Shown here: positions 16,452 through 25,256 of the stretch, piece after piece
How the letters are laid out: every line of letters starts with the position of its first letter
Numbering within the stretch: the stretch's first letter is position 1
Assembly: GCA_045602545.1 (NCBI GenBank)
Contig: JAZSBR010000010.1
Span: 46,352 to 110,351 of the forward strand
Reading direction: 5' to 3'
From: Alphaproteobacteria bacterium
GTDB taxonomy: Bacteria > Pseudomonadota > Alphaproteobacteria > RF32 > CAG-239
DNA: 64,000 bases
The notes under the pieces: model-generated
Databases searched by the model: none
What the model saw: the letters and a program-made list of their open reading frames with translations, nothing else
What the model was told of the DNA's origin: nothing
Translations under genes and position numbers: made by a program

Positions 16452-18590
16452 CTACCTGTTTGCTCGTGCAACATAACTTATTGATTTTGAAGCTTTTAAA
16501 GCCAGCACAATGGCATTGACCTGCTCAACGTTTTTAACATCAATATCAAGCAAAATTTCATAATAACTCATTGTGCGATATGTAATGTTTAAGTTGATAA
16601 TGTTTGAATCTGCCTTTGCCACAATGTTTGCCACATCTGCCAAAGCTCCCGGTTCATTACTTATCATCAGTTTTAAGCGCGCCGTATGCTTTTCATTTTC
16701 GGCATCGGCACCCCAATCAATATCAAGCCAGCGTTCAGGCTCGTTTTCATAATTCTTGAGCGATGCGCATTCAACCGTATGCACGGTAACGCCCTTACCG
16801 GTTGTGACAATGCCGACGATTCTATCCCCCGGAAGCGGGTGGCAACAGCCGGCAAAATGTACAGCCATGCCTTCAATCAAACCTCTGATTTTCAGCGAGT
16901 CTTTATTGTTTTTATCTTTTTTGAATGTCGGCAATTTGATGGAATTTACCATCTTTTCAAGCTTTGACTGCTTGTATGCCGGATGAATTGTGCGCAAAAC
17001 ATCCCAACCCGTAATCAGCCCTTCGCCGACTTTTGCATATATATCATCAACGCTTTCCGCCTCAAAATGGGCGGTATAATTAACCAGTTCTTTTTCCGAA
17101 AAAGTTTGGTCTTCAGCCTTAAACAACTTTTCTAAGATTTCTTTACCCAAAGCGATAAATTGCTCACGCTTGTTGGCGCGAACATAGCGCCTTATGGCAG
17201 CTTTTGCCTTTCCGGTAACCACAAATCTGTCCCATTCAAGCGACGGATGCTGATTTTTGGCGGTTAAAACTTCAATCTGGTCACCGTTTTGCAAAATCGT
17301 TCTGAGCGGTTTTATTTCTCCGTTGATTTTGGCTCCGACGCAGGTATCGCCCACATTTGAGTGAATTGCATAAGCAAAATCTACCGGAGTTGAGCCGACC
17401 GGAAGTCCTATCAAATCACCCTTAGGCGTAAAACAAAACACCTGATCATTATACATTTCAAGCTTGGTATTTTCCAAAAACTCATCAGGATTTTGCGCTT
17501 GATCCAAAATTTCCAGCAGCTCACGAATCCAGCGGAAGTTTTTGCCCTCCGTTCTTTGACCTTGCTTATATGCCCAGTGAGCCGCCACACCTTTTTCATT
17601 TACCTCATGCATTTCATAGGTGCGAATCTGCACTTCAATTCTGACATCAAACGGACCGATAACGCCGGTATGCAAGGATTGATATCCGTTCGGTTTAGGG
17701 GTTGAAATATAATCCTTAAACCGGCGCGGAACCATATGATATTTGCTGTGAATAATACCAAGCGCCTGATAGCATTCACCAACCGTATCAACGCAAATTC
17801 TAAACGCCATAATATCGGCTAACTGCTCAAATGAAGCATTTTTAAGTTGCATTTTGCGCCAAATTGAATAAGGACTTTTTTCGCGTCCTGAAATGGTGCA
17901 TTTAATGCCGTTATCCGCCATATCTTTTTCCAATTGGCGAATAATTTTCGGCACAATATTGCTTCCCTGTTCACGTAAAAAATTAAGGCGGGCAACAATG
18001 GAATCGTGCGCTTCCTTATATAATTCGGCAAAAGCGATTTCATCCATTTCTTCTTTAACTTCCTGCATACCGATTCTCTCGGCGAGCGGAGCATAAATAT
18101 CCAATGTTTCTTTGGCGATTCGCGCCCTCTTTTCCGGCGGACAGAAATGAAGCGTGCGCATATTATGAAGTCTGTCGGCAAGTTTGATAAGCAAAACTCT
18201 GATATCTTCCGACATCGCCAGAAGCAGTTTTCTGAAATTCTCTGCCTGCTTACTGCTACCGGATTTATGCTCAATCATTGCGAGTTTGGTCAAGCCGTCA
18301 ACCAGTTGAGCAACCTGATCACCGAACAACTCTTTAATTTCATCTAAAGTTGTGTCCGTATCTTCAACCGTATCATGCAATAACGCTGCAACAATAGAAG
18401 CACAATCAAGCTTAAATTTTGTTAAGATACCGGCAACTTCAATCGGGTGCGAATAATAAGGATCGCCTGATGTTCTCAGTTGCGAGCCGTGTTTTTTCAA
18501 TGCAAAGACATACGCACGGTTTAAGGCGTCCTCATCAGCATAAGGGTCATACGACTTAACCAAATCAACCAGTTCATATTGTCTTAACAT
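16452..18590 (-). CDS. spoT: Bifunctional (p)ppGpp synthetase/hydrolase (RelA/SpoT homolog)
   Basis: HD domain (YYSHPIEVAGIL..LLHDTVEDT), synthetase domain (GREKSPYSIWRKM..YQSLHT), then TGS and ACT regions. Confidence 0.95.
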   Translation of the reverse strand: MLRQYELVDLVKSYDPYADEDALNRAYVFALKKHGSQLRTSGDPYYSHPIEVAGILTKFKLDCASIVAALLHDTVEDTDTTLDEIKELFGDQVAQLVDGLTKLAMIEHKSGSSKQAENFRKLLLAMSEDIRVLLIKLADRLHNMRTLHFCPPEKRARIAKETLDIYAPLAERIGMQEVKEEMDEIAFAELYKEAHDSIVARLNFLREQGSNIVPKIIRQLEKDMADNGIKCTISGREKSPYSIWRKMQLKNASFEQLADIMAFRICVDTVGECYQALGIIHSKYHMVPRRFKDYISTPKPNGYQSLHTGVIGPFDVRIEVQIRTYEMHEVNEKGVAAHWAYKQGQRTEGKNFRWIRELLEILDQAQNPDEFLENTKLEMYNDQVFCFTPKGDLIGLPVGSTPVDFAYAIHSNVGDTCVGAKINGEIKPLRTILQNGDQIEVLTAKNQHPSLEWDRFVVTGKAKAAIRRYVRANKREQFIALGKEILEKLFKAEDQTFSEKELVNYTAHFEAESVDDIYAKVGEGLITGWDVLRTIHPAYKQSKLEKMVNSIKLPTFKKDKNNKDSLKIRGLIEGMAVHFAGCCHPLPGDRIVGIVTTGKGVTVHTVECASLKNYENEPERWLDIDWGADAENEKHTARLKLMISNEPGALADVANIVAKADSNIINLNITYRTMSYYEILLDIDVKNVEQVNAIVLALKASKSISYVARANR

Positions 18591-18676
18591 TACCGTCCTT
18601 TTTTAAAAAAACAAAACATATTACCTTATATAATATGTTTTGCTTTATTATTTATTAAATTGCAAGAGATTTTTTA

Positions 18677-19174
18677 TTAAAAATCCTCATCATCTGCGTC
18701 ATCAAACGAATCGTCAAAGCCTTCTTCGTCTTCATCACCGAAATCGGATTCTTCGTCTTCATCAAATTCCATATCAGACAATTCGGTATCGCTTTCAAGG
18801 TCAATGTCCTCATCGTTATCATGAATTTGCATAACTTGCGTCAAGTCCTCATCGCTGATCATATCGCTTGAAAATGTGGAATCCAAGCCGGCCAATTCTT
18901 TTTCGGCAGCCAAGATTTCAACTTCTTCTTCCTCAGGCTCTTCAACTTCAACATATTTTTGCTGACCTAATACGAGGGAACGTTGCAAATCTTCAATACT
19001 AACCTTATTTTCCGCAATTTCGCGCAATGCAACAACCGAATTTTTATCATTGTCGCGATCAACGCACAAATGCGCACCGGCAGAAATATCACGCGCACGT
19101 TGAGCGGCAACCATAACCAGCTCATAGCGACTCGGAACTTTATCAATACAATCTTCAACCGTAACTCTTGCCAT
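18677..19174 (-). CDS. rpoZ: RNA polymerase omega subunit with a long acidic C-terminal tail
   Basis: [30 protein letters not shown] is the RpoZ core. The last ~60 residues are D/E-rich. Confidence 0.9.
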   Translation of the reverse strand: MARVTVEDCIDKVPSRYELVMVAAQRARDISAGAHLCVDRDNDKNSVVALREIAENKVSIEDLQRSLVLGQQKYVEVEEPEEEEVEILAAEKELAGLDSTFSSDMISDEDLTQVMQIHDNDEDIDLESDTELSDMEFDEDEESDFGDEDEEGFDDSFDDADDEDF

Positions 19175-19318
19175 TTTCAATCCTTTATCATAAGTTTAGA
19201 TTTTTGTTTAGAGCGTTTATACATTCAATCTTTTATAAATGCAAGATTTATTTTTAAAAAGATGAAAAAAACTGCTTATTCCTTAATCGGCATCCTTGGG
19301 CAAACTCTTTTTTCATAT

Positions 19319-19832
19319 TGTCATCCCTTGCGGTGTGCCAAAGCATCACCGCATCAAGGGATTTAAACTTTCGGCGCAGTGACGCAAGTCACATAACGCG
19401 CCGCTTCTATATTATTTTATATTGCAGCGGCGTTTTGTGCGATGAAATCGCCAACGCCGTATTTAGAGATTCCTTGAGCACCTGACGCGCCGCGCAGGTG
19501 CAGGAATGACAGTTTAAAAAAAGTCGTTTTTCTGTCATCCCTTGCGGTGTGCGGCGCATCACCGCATCAAAGGATCTTGAGTTTCGGCGCCGTGACGAAA
19601 GTCACAAAACGCGCCGCTTCTATATTATTTTATATTGCAGCGGCGTTTTGTGCGATGAAATCGCCAACGCCGTATTTAGAGATTCCTTGAGCACCTGACG
19701 CGCCGCGCAGGTGCAGGAATGACAGTTAAAATAAACTCGGTTTCTGTCATCCCTTGCGGTGTGCGGCGCATCACCGCATCAAAGGATTTCTGAGTTCGGC
19801 GCCGTGACGAAAGTCACACGATGCTCCGCTTC
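19319..19832. repeat. About 2.4 tandem copies of a ~213-bp GC-rich unit, each built from five nested hairpins
   Basis: Units start at TGTCATCCCTTGCGGTGTGC at 19319, 19533 and 19745. A central stretch of ~110 nt is identical between units 1 and 2. Hairpin examples: CGGCGC..GTGAC..GTCAC..GCGCCG, CGCCGC..GCGGCG, GCACCTG..CAGGTGC. Confidence 0.9.
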
Positions 19833-20006
19833 CTTTCCGGTCATATTCCGACTATTACTAAAGTAATATTGCAAGAATAAAAAAAATATGTTACAAAAAA
19901 CGCAGTATCTGAAAATTTTATTGAAGGTTACTAGTTTAAAATTTGTTTTAACTTAAACGTTTAAGAAAGGGTAATAAAATGTTAAATACAAAAAATAACT
20001 TTAAAG

Positions 20007-20018
20007 CTCTCTCTCTCT
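20007..20018 (+). repeat. (CT)6 dinucleotide tract between an SD/ATG and the pilin reading frame
   Basis: CTCTCTCTCTCT is read directly from the sequence. ATG 19979 is 103 nt (3n+1) upstream of ATG 20082. Confidence 0.95.
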
Positions 20019-20081
20019 ACAGAATCTGAGGTTTTAAACTCACACAAACTCCACACTTGCAATAACGAAAAAGGCCGTAGC

Positions 20082-20795
20082 ATGATTGAAATGCTCGGTG
20101 TTTTGGCCATTATCGGTGTTCTCTCTGTTGGTGGTATTGCCGGCTATTCAAAGGCAATGATGAAGTTCAAAACGAACAAAACCATCGACCAAATCGCTAT
20201 GACTGTTACAAACATTAGAACATTGTATGCTCAGCAGAAGTCATACAATGGTCTGAAGACGAGTAATGCGTATTCCATGGGTGTAACAGATGATGCTATG
20301 GGTAAAAGCGGCACATTAACCAATGCTTTTGGTGGCAATGTCTATATTGGTAGCGCAAAAAGCGGTGCTGTCGGCGAAGGTGATGATTATGGTGCATTCT
20401 TGGTAACATTCACCGGACTTCCTCGTGAAGCTTGTGTTGCTATTGCCACAAATGACTGGGGTTCAGGTTATTCTTCCGGTTTGCTTGGTATAGGTACAGG
20501 TGTTGAAGCCGCAGCTGCTCCAGCTGCTCCTGTTACAGGTTGGAATTTGTTGGATTATGTTATCAGCGACGCTTATGCTGCTGTTACTCAAGATACCGAC
20601 TCTAATGCGCAAAACATTCCTTGCGATGTAGATGGTAATTCAACTAATGGCGGTCAAAAAGGTTCTCTAATAAATGAGAATGCCGTAGCCTGTGCTATTG
20701 GCAATACTTCAGCTGCACTTTCTGTGGCTAAAGCAGCAACCGGTTGTGCTTGCGGTTCAGCAAACAAATGCGTTGTATCACTTAAATATTACTGA
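20082..20795 (+). CDS. Type-IV-pilin-like protein, paralog 1. Only the in-frame body is given here. The leader appears to be encoded upstream in another frame.
   Basis: (KGRS)MIEMLGVLAIIGVLSVGGIAGYSKAM is a class-III signal/N-terminal helix with Glu at +5. The protein ends CACGSANKCVVSLKYY, like the paralogs at 59683 and 60321. Confidence 0.75.
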   Translation: MIEMLGVLAIIGVLSVGGIAGYSKAMMKFKTNKTIDQIAMTVTNIRTLYAQQKSYNGLKTSNAYSMGVTDDAMGKSGTLTNAFGGNVYIGSAKSGAVGEGDDYGAFLVTFTGLPREACVAIATNDWGSGYSSGLLGIGTGVEAAAAPAAPVTGWNLLDYVISDAYAAVTQDTDSNAQNIPCDVDGNSTNGGQKGSLINENAVACAIGNTSAALSVAKAATGCACGSANKCVVSLKYY

Positions 20796-20857
20796 TGTCG
20801 GGTAGGATTACTCGCGAAATTCAGTAACTATTATTGTGAATTTCCTAAATTACGTAG

Positions 20858-20888
20858 CTCCGTGGGGCCTCCTCCCCACGGAGTTTTT
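20858..20888 (+). terminator. Intrinsic terminator after pilin paralog 1
   Basis: CTCCGTGGGG cctcct CCCCACGGAG followed by TTTTT. Confidence 0.8.
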
Positions 20889-20915
20889 ATTGTTTTCCTT
20901 ATAAAATATTTAAAA

Positions 20916-21003
20916 GTCATCCCTATTTTTTGCTTCGGCTTCGTTGAGGGACTCGCTCAAGGAGATCACCACGTCAGAGCCTGCGGCTCTTCCTCGTGAT
21001 GAC
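20916..21003. repeat. Solitary GC-rich nested-palindrome element
   Basis: It is bounded by GTCATCCC and GTGATGAC and contains AGAGCC tgc GGCTCT. It is homologous to the element inside the paralog 2 ORF. Confidence 0.7.
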
Positions 21004-21030
21004 AAACTCTATTCCGCCCACGTCTGGTTT

Positions 21031-23163
21031 TTATCTTTCTTCTTTTATTGCGTTTATTGCTTTAATAAACTCCGGATGAGCGGAAAAATCCTCTAAATCA
21101 ACCGGCAAACGACGGCGCCAATTAGGGTGCTTGTCGCGGTCCGTCCCAGGCAAATTCTGCATTTTATCAACACCGAAAATATCGGCTGCTTGCGCCAAAT
21201 ATACCTTGCTTGCACTCCGGCTCATATATTTTTCAGCCGCCGGCATAATGCCTTCCGGATAACCTTCGCCGTACAAATAATCAGCCTTGCGCTGTTCATC
21301 TGCCGGCCAAACTTTGGCATAATCAAGCGCCGCCAACAAATATTTGCGCTCAACCTCACGCGCCTTATATTGCTCGTTTTTCTCTTCTTCATTCAACATT
21401 TTCAAATCATACAAAGCCTGAATATCATAGCCGAACCAACGAGCCTTTAACGGTGCCATATCATGCGTGCCGATTGAACAAACAACATTTTCGGGATAGT
21501 CCTCAGGCATTTTGAACAAGCCCTGCCCGTTTTCCCAACGTTCTGCCCACAAAACGCTCAAAGAATATATCCCGCGCTCGTGCAACTTTTCAATAAATCC
21601 GTCCGGAACATTGCCTATGCTTTCGCCGACAATCATACACTTATTCAAATAGCTTTCCAAAGCCACAATGCCGAGCATATCATCAAAATCATAATAAACA
21701 TAAGTGCCGTTTTCGCCCTTATCCGGAATAATATAAAGGCGCATCAAACTCATCACATGGTCAATACGCAAAGCTCCGGCAAAGCGCATAGCCTCACGCA
21801 AAACCTTGATAAACGGCTGATAGGCTCTGCTTTTGAGCTGAAACGGATTAAACGCGCCCAAACACCAACGCTGTCCGCTCGGGAAAAAAGCATCAGGCGG
21901 AGCGCCGGCACCACAATCCTTGATGAACAAATCTTCATCTTGCCAAAGCTCCAAACTATCCTTGCTTAAACCAACCGGCAAATCACGATAAAGCCCGATT
22001 TTTAAGCCCTTCTCGCAGATAAATTCATAAACTTCATTAAGCTGTTTCTCGCATAAAAATTGCAGATATTTGAAAAAAGCAACTTCTTTTTCATGGCTTA
22101 AAGCAAATTCTTTAACCGCCTTTGAGCGCGGATTTTGCAACTCTTTCGGCCACGATTTCCAACCGCCGAAAACTTTGTTATGATATTCGGAATAAATTGC
22201 CTGATAGGTTGCCAAACTTTGCAAATCATCGCCCTTTTGAGTGCAATATGCCATAAATTCTTTTTCCTGCTTCGTGCCTGAAATTTTTGCAAAAATTTTA
22301 TGAAGCACGCGCATTTTTAAGTTATATACGGCAGAATAATCAATATCCGAGGCATTTCTTGCGCTTTCAAGCACTTTTTCCTCACCTCGTAGCATCTCAG
22401 GCTCAAAACCGGCAACTTTGTTTATATCAATATAAATAGGATTCAAAAACAAACGACTTATAGATGAATAAGGACTGGCATCTTCCGGAAAATCATGAAC
22501 CAACACATTCAAAGGATTTAAGCCGATTATATCTGCACCGTTTTGAGCGCAGATTTCCACCAGTTTTTTCAAATCAGAAAAATCGCCTACGCCCCAATTT
22601 TGCTTGCTTTTCAAGGCATAAAGCTGAGAGGCAAATCCCCAGATTTTTTGTTCTTCCAAAACCTTCGGAGTATAGCATTTTTCAGGTGTAATCGCCAAAA
22701 CGGAACGATATTTTTTTCCGCTCGTTTCCAACTCCAAATCATAATATTGCGGAGCCAAATTCTCGCTTATTTCCAGCATTTGACGCACATAATTTATCTT
22801 TCCCAAAGTGCGATTTTCTTCATTTTTGATTTCAAATTTCAGCTGATTAAACTTTGATTTTCCCTGCTCGCTAACTCTTAAAACATAATCTTGCGCTTGG
22901 TCTTGTGGCAAAACAACATCAATAATTTTGCTGTTTTCTTTCACCACATAAATCGGCTCAAACACATTAAGCCAACGTTGTTTTTCCAGCTTTTGCAACA
23001 GTTTTTCGCTATCATTTATGTTTTTAAGCTCAAACCCGAGGTAATTTACCATTTTGCGCAATGTTTCGTCATCGGCAACATATTCTTTTTGATTTTGCGC
23101 CGCATCGGTAAATTTGCGGGCAATTCCGAGTTTTTTTAATAAATTATCAAAGCTGTTTTCCAT
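21031..23163 (-). CDS. malQ: 4-alpha-glucanotransferase (amylomaltase)
   Basis: 710 aa with GH77 motifs (GLYRDLPVG, ALRIDHVMSL, IGESIGNVP, CSIGTHDM). Confidence 0.9.
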   Translation of the reverse strand: MENSFDNLLKKLGIARKFTDAAQNQKEYVADDETLRKMVNYLGFELKNINDSEKLLQKLEKQRWLNVFEPIYVVKENSKIIDVVLPQDQAQDYVLRVSEQGKSKFNQLKFEIKNEENRTLGKINYVRQMLEISENLAPQYYDLELETSGKKYRSVLAITPEKCYTPKVLEEQKIWGFASQLYALKSKQNWGVGDFSDLKKLVEICAQNGADIIGLNPLNVLVHDFPEDASPYSSISRLFLNPIYIDINKVAGFEPEMLRGEEKVLESARNASDIDYSAVYNLKMRVLHKIFAKISGTKQEKEFMAYCTQKGDDLQSLATYQAIYSEYHNKVFGGWKSWPKELQNPRSKAVKEFALSHEKEVAFFKYLQFLCEKQLNEVYEFICEKGLKIGLYRDLPVGLSKDSLELWQDEDLFIKDCGAGAPPDAFFPSGQRWCLGAFNPFQLKSRAYQPFIKVLREAMRFAGALRIDHVMSLMRLYIIPDKGENGTYVYYDFDDMLGIVALESYLNKCMIVGESIGNVPDGFIEKLHERGIYSLSVLWAERWENGQGLFKMPEDYPENVVCSIGTHDMAPLKARWFGYDIQALYDLKMLNEEEKNEQYKAREVERKYLLAALDYAKVWPADEQRKADYLYGEGYPEGIMPAAEKYMSRSASKVYLAQAADIFGVDKMQNLPGTDRDKHPNWRRRLPVDLEDFSAHPEFIKAINAIKEER

Positions 23164-25255
23164 AATATCTCTCCGGTTTACTTATTTCTATAACAACGGC
23201 GCTCCATGCAGGTATTTTAAGTGCTTTTCTGCCGTCTATTTCATTGTTTTGCGGATAGCTGTCCGAGCTGTCTGCCAAAATTTTCAAGCGGGCTTTGGCG
23301 CAAAATTCCGGCAAAATCCATTCTTTTTGAATCTGATTTGCATTATAAATCTGCAAATATGATTTTTCCTCGCCAAAAACAAAACACGCCAGTGATTTGC
23401 GGTTTTCATCAATCCAATCGGCATTTTCCATTTCTTTGCCGTTTTCCTTAAACCACATCAAATCACGCAATGTATGACGGGCAAATCTTTCAATTTTCTT
23501 GCCGTCAAAAAATCCGGAGCGAGCAAAAACATTCATACTCTTGCGAATCTTAATTAACTGTTTCACATAACGTGCAAGATTGCGGTCCTCATGATTGATT
23601 GCTTCCCAGACAATCCATGTTAAAACATTGTCCTGACAATAAGGATTGTTATTTCCGAACTGCGTGTTGCCAAACTCGTCACCGGCCGTTATCATCGGCG
23701 TGCCGAATGACATCAACAACGTTGTCAACATTGATTTTAAGCGAAGTCGCCGATTTTTTTTGATCTCGGCATTTTCCGTCAAACCCTCAACTCCGTTATT
23801 CCAACTCCAATTGGCATCGTTACCATCACGATTTTGCTCGCCGTTGACCTGATTATGTTTTTGATTATAACTAACCAAATCGCGCGCACAAAAACCATCA
23901 TGCGAAGTAATAAAATTAACACTGCTGTATATATCACGCTTGGCAAACCCGAAAATATCGCTTGAACCGCTCAAACGGCTGGCAAATTCGCCAACCTGAC
24001 GATTATGTCCGCACCAAAAACGGCGCACAACATCACGATAGCGGTCATTCCATTCACGCCAACTCGGAGGATATGCTCCAATTTGATAGCCCCCCATTGT
24101 GGCATCCCACGGTTCGGCAATCATTTTTACCTGGCGCAAAGTATCATCTTGTCGGGCGGAAAGCAAAAATCCGCTGTCTTGCGTAAATTTTTCTTTATAC
24201 CTGCTCAAAGATGTTGCCAAATCAAGTCTGAACCCGTCAACATGCATACTTTTTACCCAATAACGAAGCGAATCCATCACCAGAGTCAAAACATACGGAT
24301 TTTGCAAATTAAAGGAAGCACCGCAACCGGTTGTATCAAAATAAAAGCGCTTGTTTTGGGCATTGAGAGTATAATAGCTTTCATTATCAATTCCGCGATA
24401 GCACAGGGTCGGCCCCATCTGGTTGCCCTCAATCGTGTGATTATAAACAACATCCAAAATAACTTCTCGTCCGTTTTTATGCAAAGTTTTGACCATTTGC
24501 TTAAATTCATCTATATCATTATTTTGCAAATATTTCGGCTCAGGCGCAAAATATGAAAGCGTTTCATAACCCCAATAGTTGTCTATATACATACCGTCTT
24601 TTTCACCGAAAAACGCAAACACCGGTAAGAGTTCAACCGAACTGATGCCGAGCCAATTAAAGTAATTTATTACACTTTTGGAAGCTAATCCTAAAAATTT
24701 TCCGCGCTTAGAATCCTCAACCTTTGGATTAAGCATGGTATATCCGCGCACATGGGCTTCATAAATAACGGTCTTATCGGGCGTTATATTCGGGCGCTTA
24801 TCATTTTCCCAATCAAATGTATCATCAACAACCACCGCCTTAGGAACATACGGTGCGCTGTCAAGTGTGCTGAAAGATAAGTCTTTTTCCGCACTGTCCG
24901 GATTATAGCCGAAAAGAGCTTTATGCCAAATCAGCTTTCCGACCAATTTTTTGGCATAAGGATCAAGCAGAAGCTTATGATGATTAAAGCGCTTTCCCTC
25001 CAACGGCTTATATGGCCCGTACACACGATATCCATACACCTGCCCGGCTTGCAAACCCTCAATATATATGTGCCAAATATTATTCTCGTGAGCCGTTAAT
25101 TCATAACGTTCAAGCTCTTTGGCTCCGTTTTTATCAAACAAGCACAATTCAATTTTTTCGGCATTAGCAGAAAAAATGGCAAAATTAACACCGTTTCCGT
25201 CATAAGTTGAACCTAATGGATAAGCCGAGCCTGAAGAAAACTTGTGCATTTTCAA
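23147..25255 (-). CDS. glgX: Glycogen debranching enzyme
   Basis: 702 aa of the GH13 GlgX type (YPLGSTYDGNGVNFAIFS, VILDVVYNHT, GFRLDLA, IAEPWD, NFITSHDGF). Confidence 0.9.
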   Translation of the reverse strand: MKMHKFSSGSAYPLGSTYDGNGVNFAIFSANAEKIELCLFDKNGAKELERYELTAHENNIWHIYIEGLQAGQVYGYRVYGPYKPLEGKRFNHHKLLLDPYAKKLVGKLIWHKALFGYNPDSAEKDLSFSTLDSAPYVPKAVVVDDTFDWENDKRPNITPDKTVIYEAHVRGYTMLNPKVEDSKRGKFLGLASKSVINYFNWLGISSVELLPVFAFFGEKDGMYIDNYWGYETLSYFAPEPKYLQNNDIDEFKQMVKTLHKNGREVILDVVYNHTIEGNQMGPTLCYRGIDNESYYTLNAQNKRFYFDTTGCGASFNLQNPYVLTLVMDSLRYWVKSMHVDGFRLDLATSLSRYKEKFTQDSGFLLSARQDDTLRQVKMIAEPWDATMGGYQIGAYPPSWREWNDRYRDVVRRFWCGHNRQVGEFASRLSGSSDIFGFAKRDIYSSVNFITSHDGFCARDLVSYNQKHNQVNGEQNRDGNDANWSWNNGVEGLTENAEIKKNRRLRLKSMLTTLLMSFGTPMITAGDEFGNTQFGNNNPYCQDNVLTWIVWEAINHEDRNLARYVKQLIKIRKSMNVFARSGFFDGKKIERFARHTLRDLMWFKENGKEMENADWIDENRKSLACFVFGEEKSYLQIYNANQIQKEWILPEFCAKARLKILADSSDSYPQNNEIDGRKALKIPAWSAVVIEISKPERYYGKQL

Positions 25256-25256
25256 A

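Noticed and set aside
16673-18347. Multiple 60-150-aa ORFs on both strands within spoT.
   Set aside because: They all lie inside a 712-aa gene with unambiguous RelA/SpoT domains, and none has independent signals.
18983-19366. 127-aa plus-strand ORF spanning the rpoZ 5' end and the first repeat unit.
   Set aside because: It overlaps rpoZ in antisense and runs into the palindromic repeat. There is no start context and no recognisable protein features.
19319-19832. Whether the tandem repeats could be a CRISPR array.
   Set aside because: The units are ~213 bp long, directly abutting and almost identical over their whole length. There is no alternation of short repeats with unique spacers, and there are no cas genes in the window.
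19936-19965. Possible CtrA boxes (TTAA-N7-TTAA) in the pilin paralog 1 promoter region, and a similar site upstream of ctrA itself (31319-31332).
   Set aside because: The TTAA half-sites are spaced by 8 nt (19936-19951) and 6 nt (31319-31332), not the required 7. In DNA this AT-rich, TTAA pairs are expected by chance.
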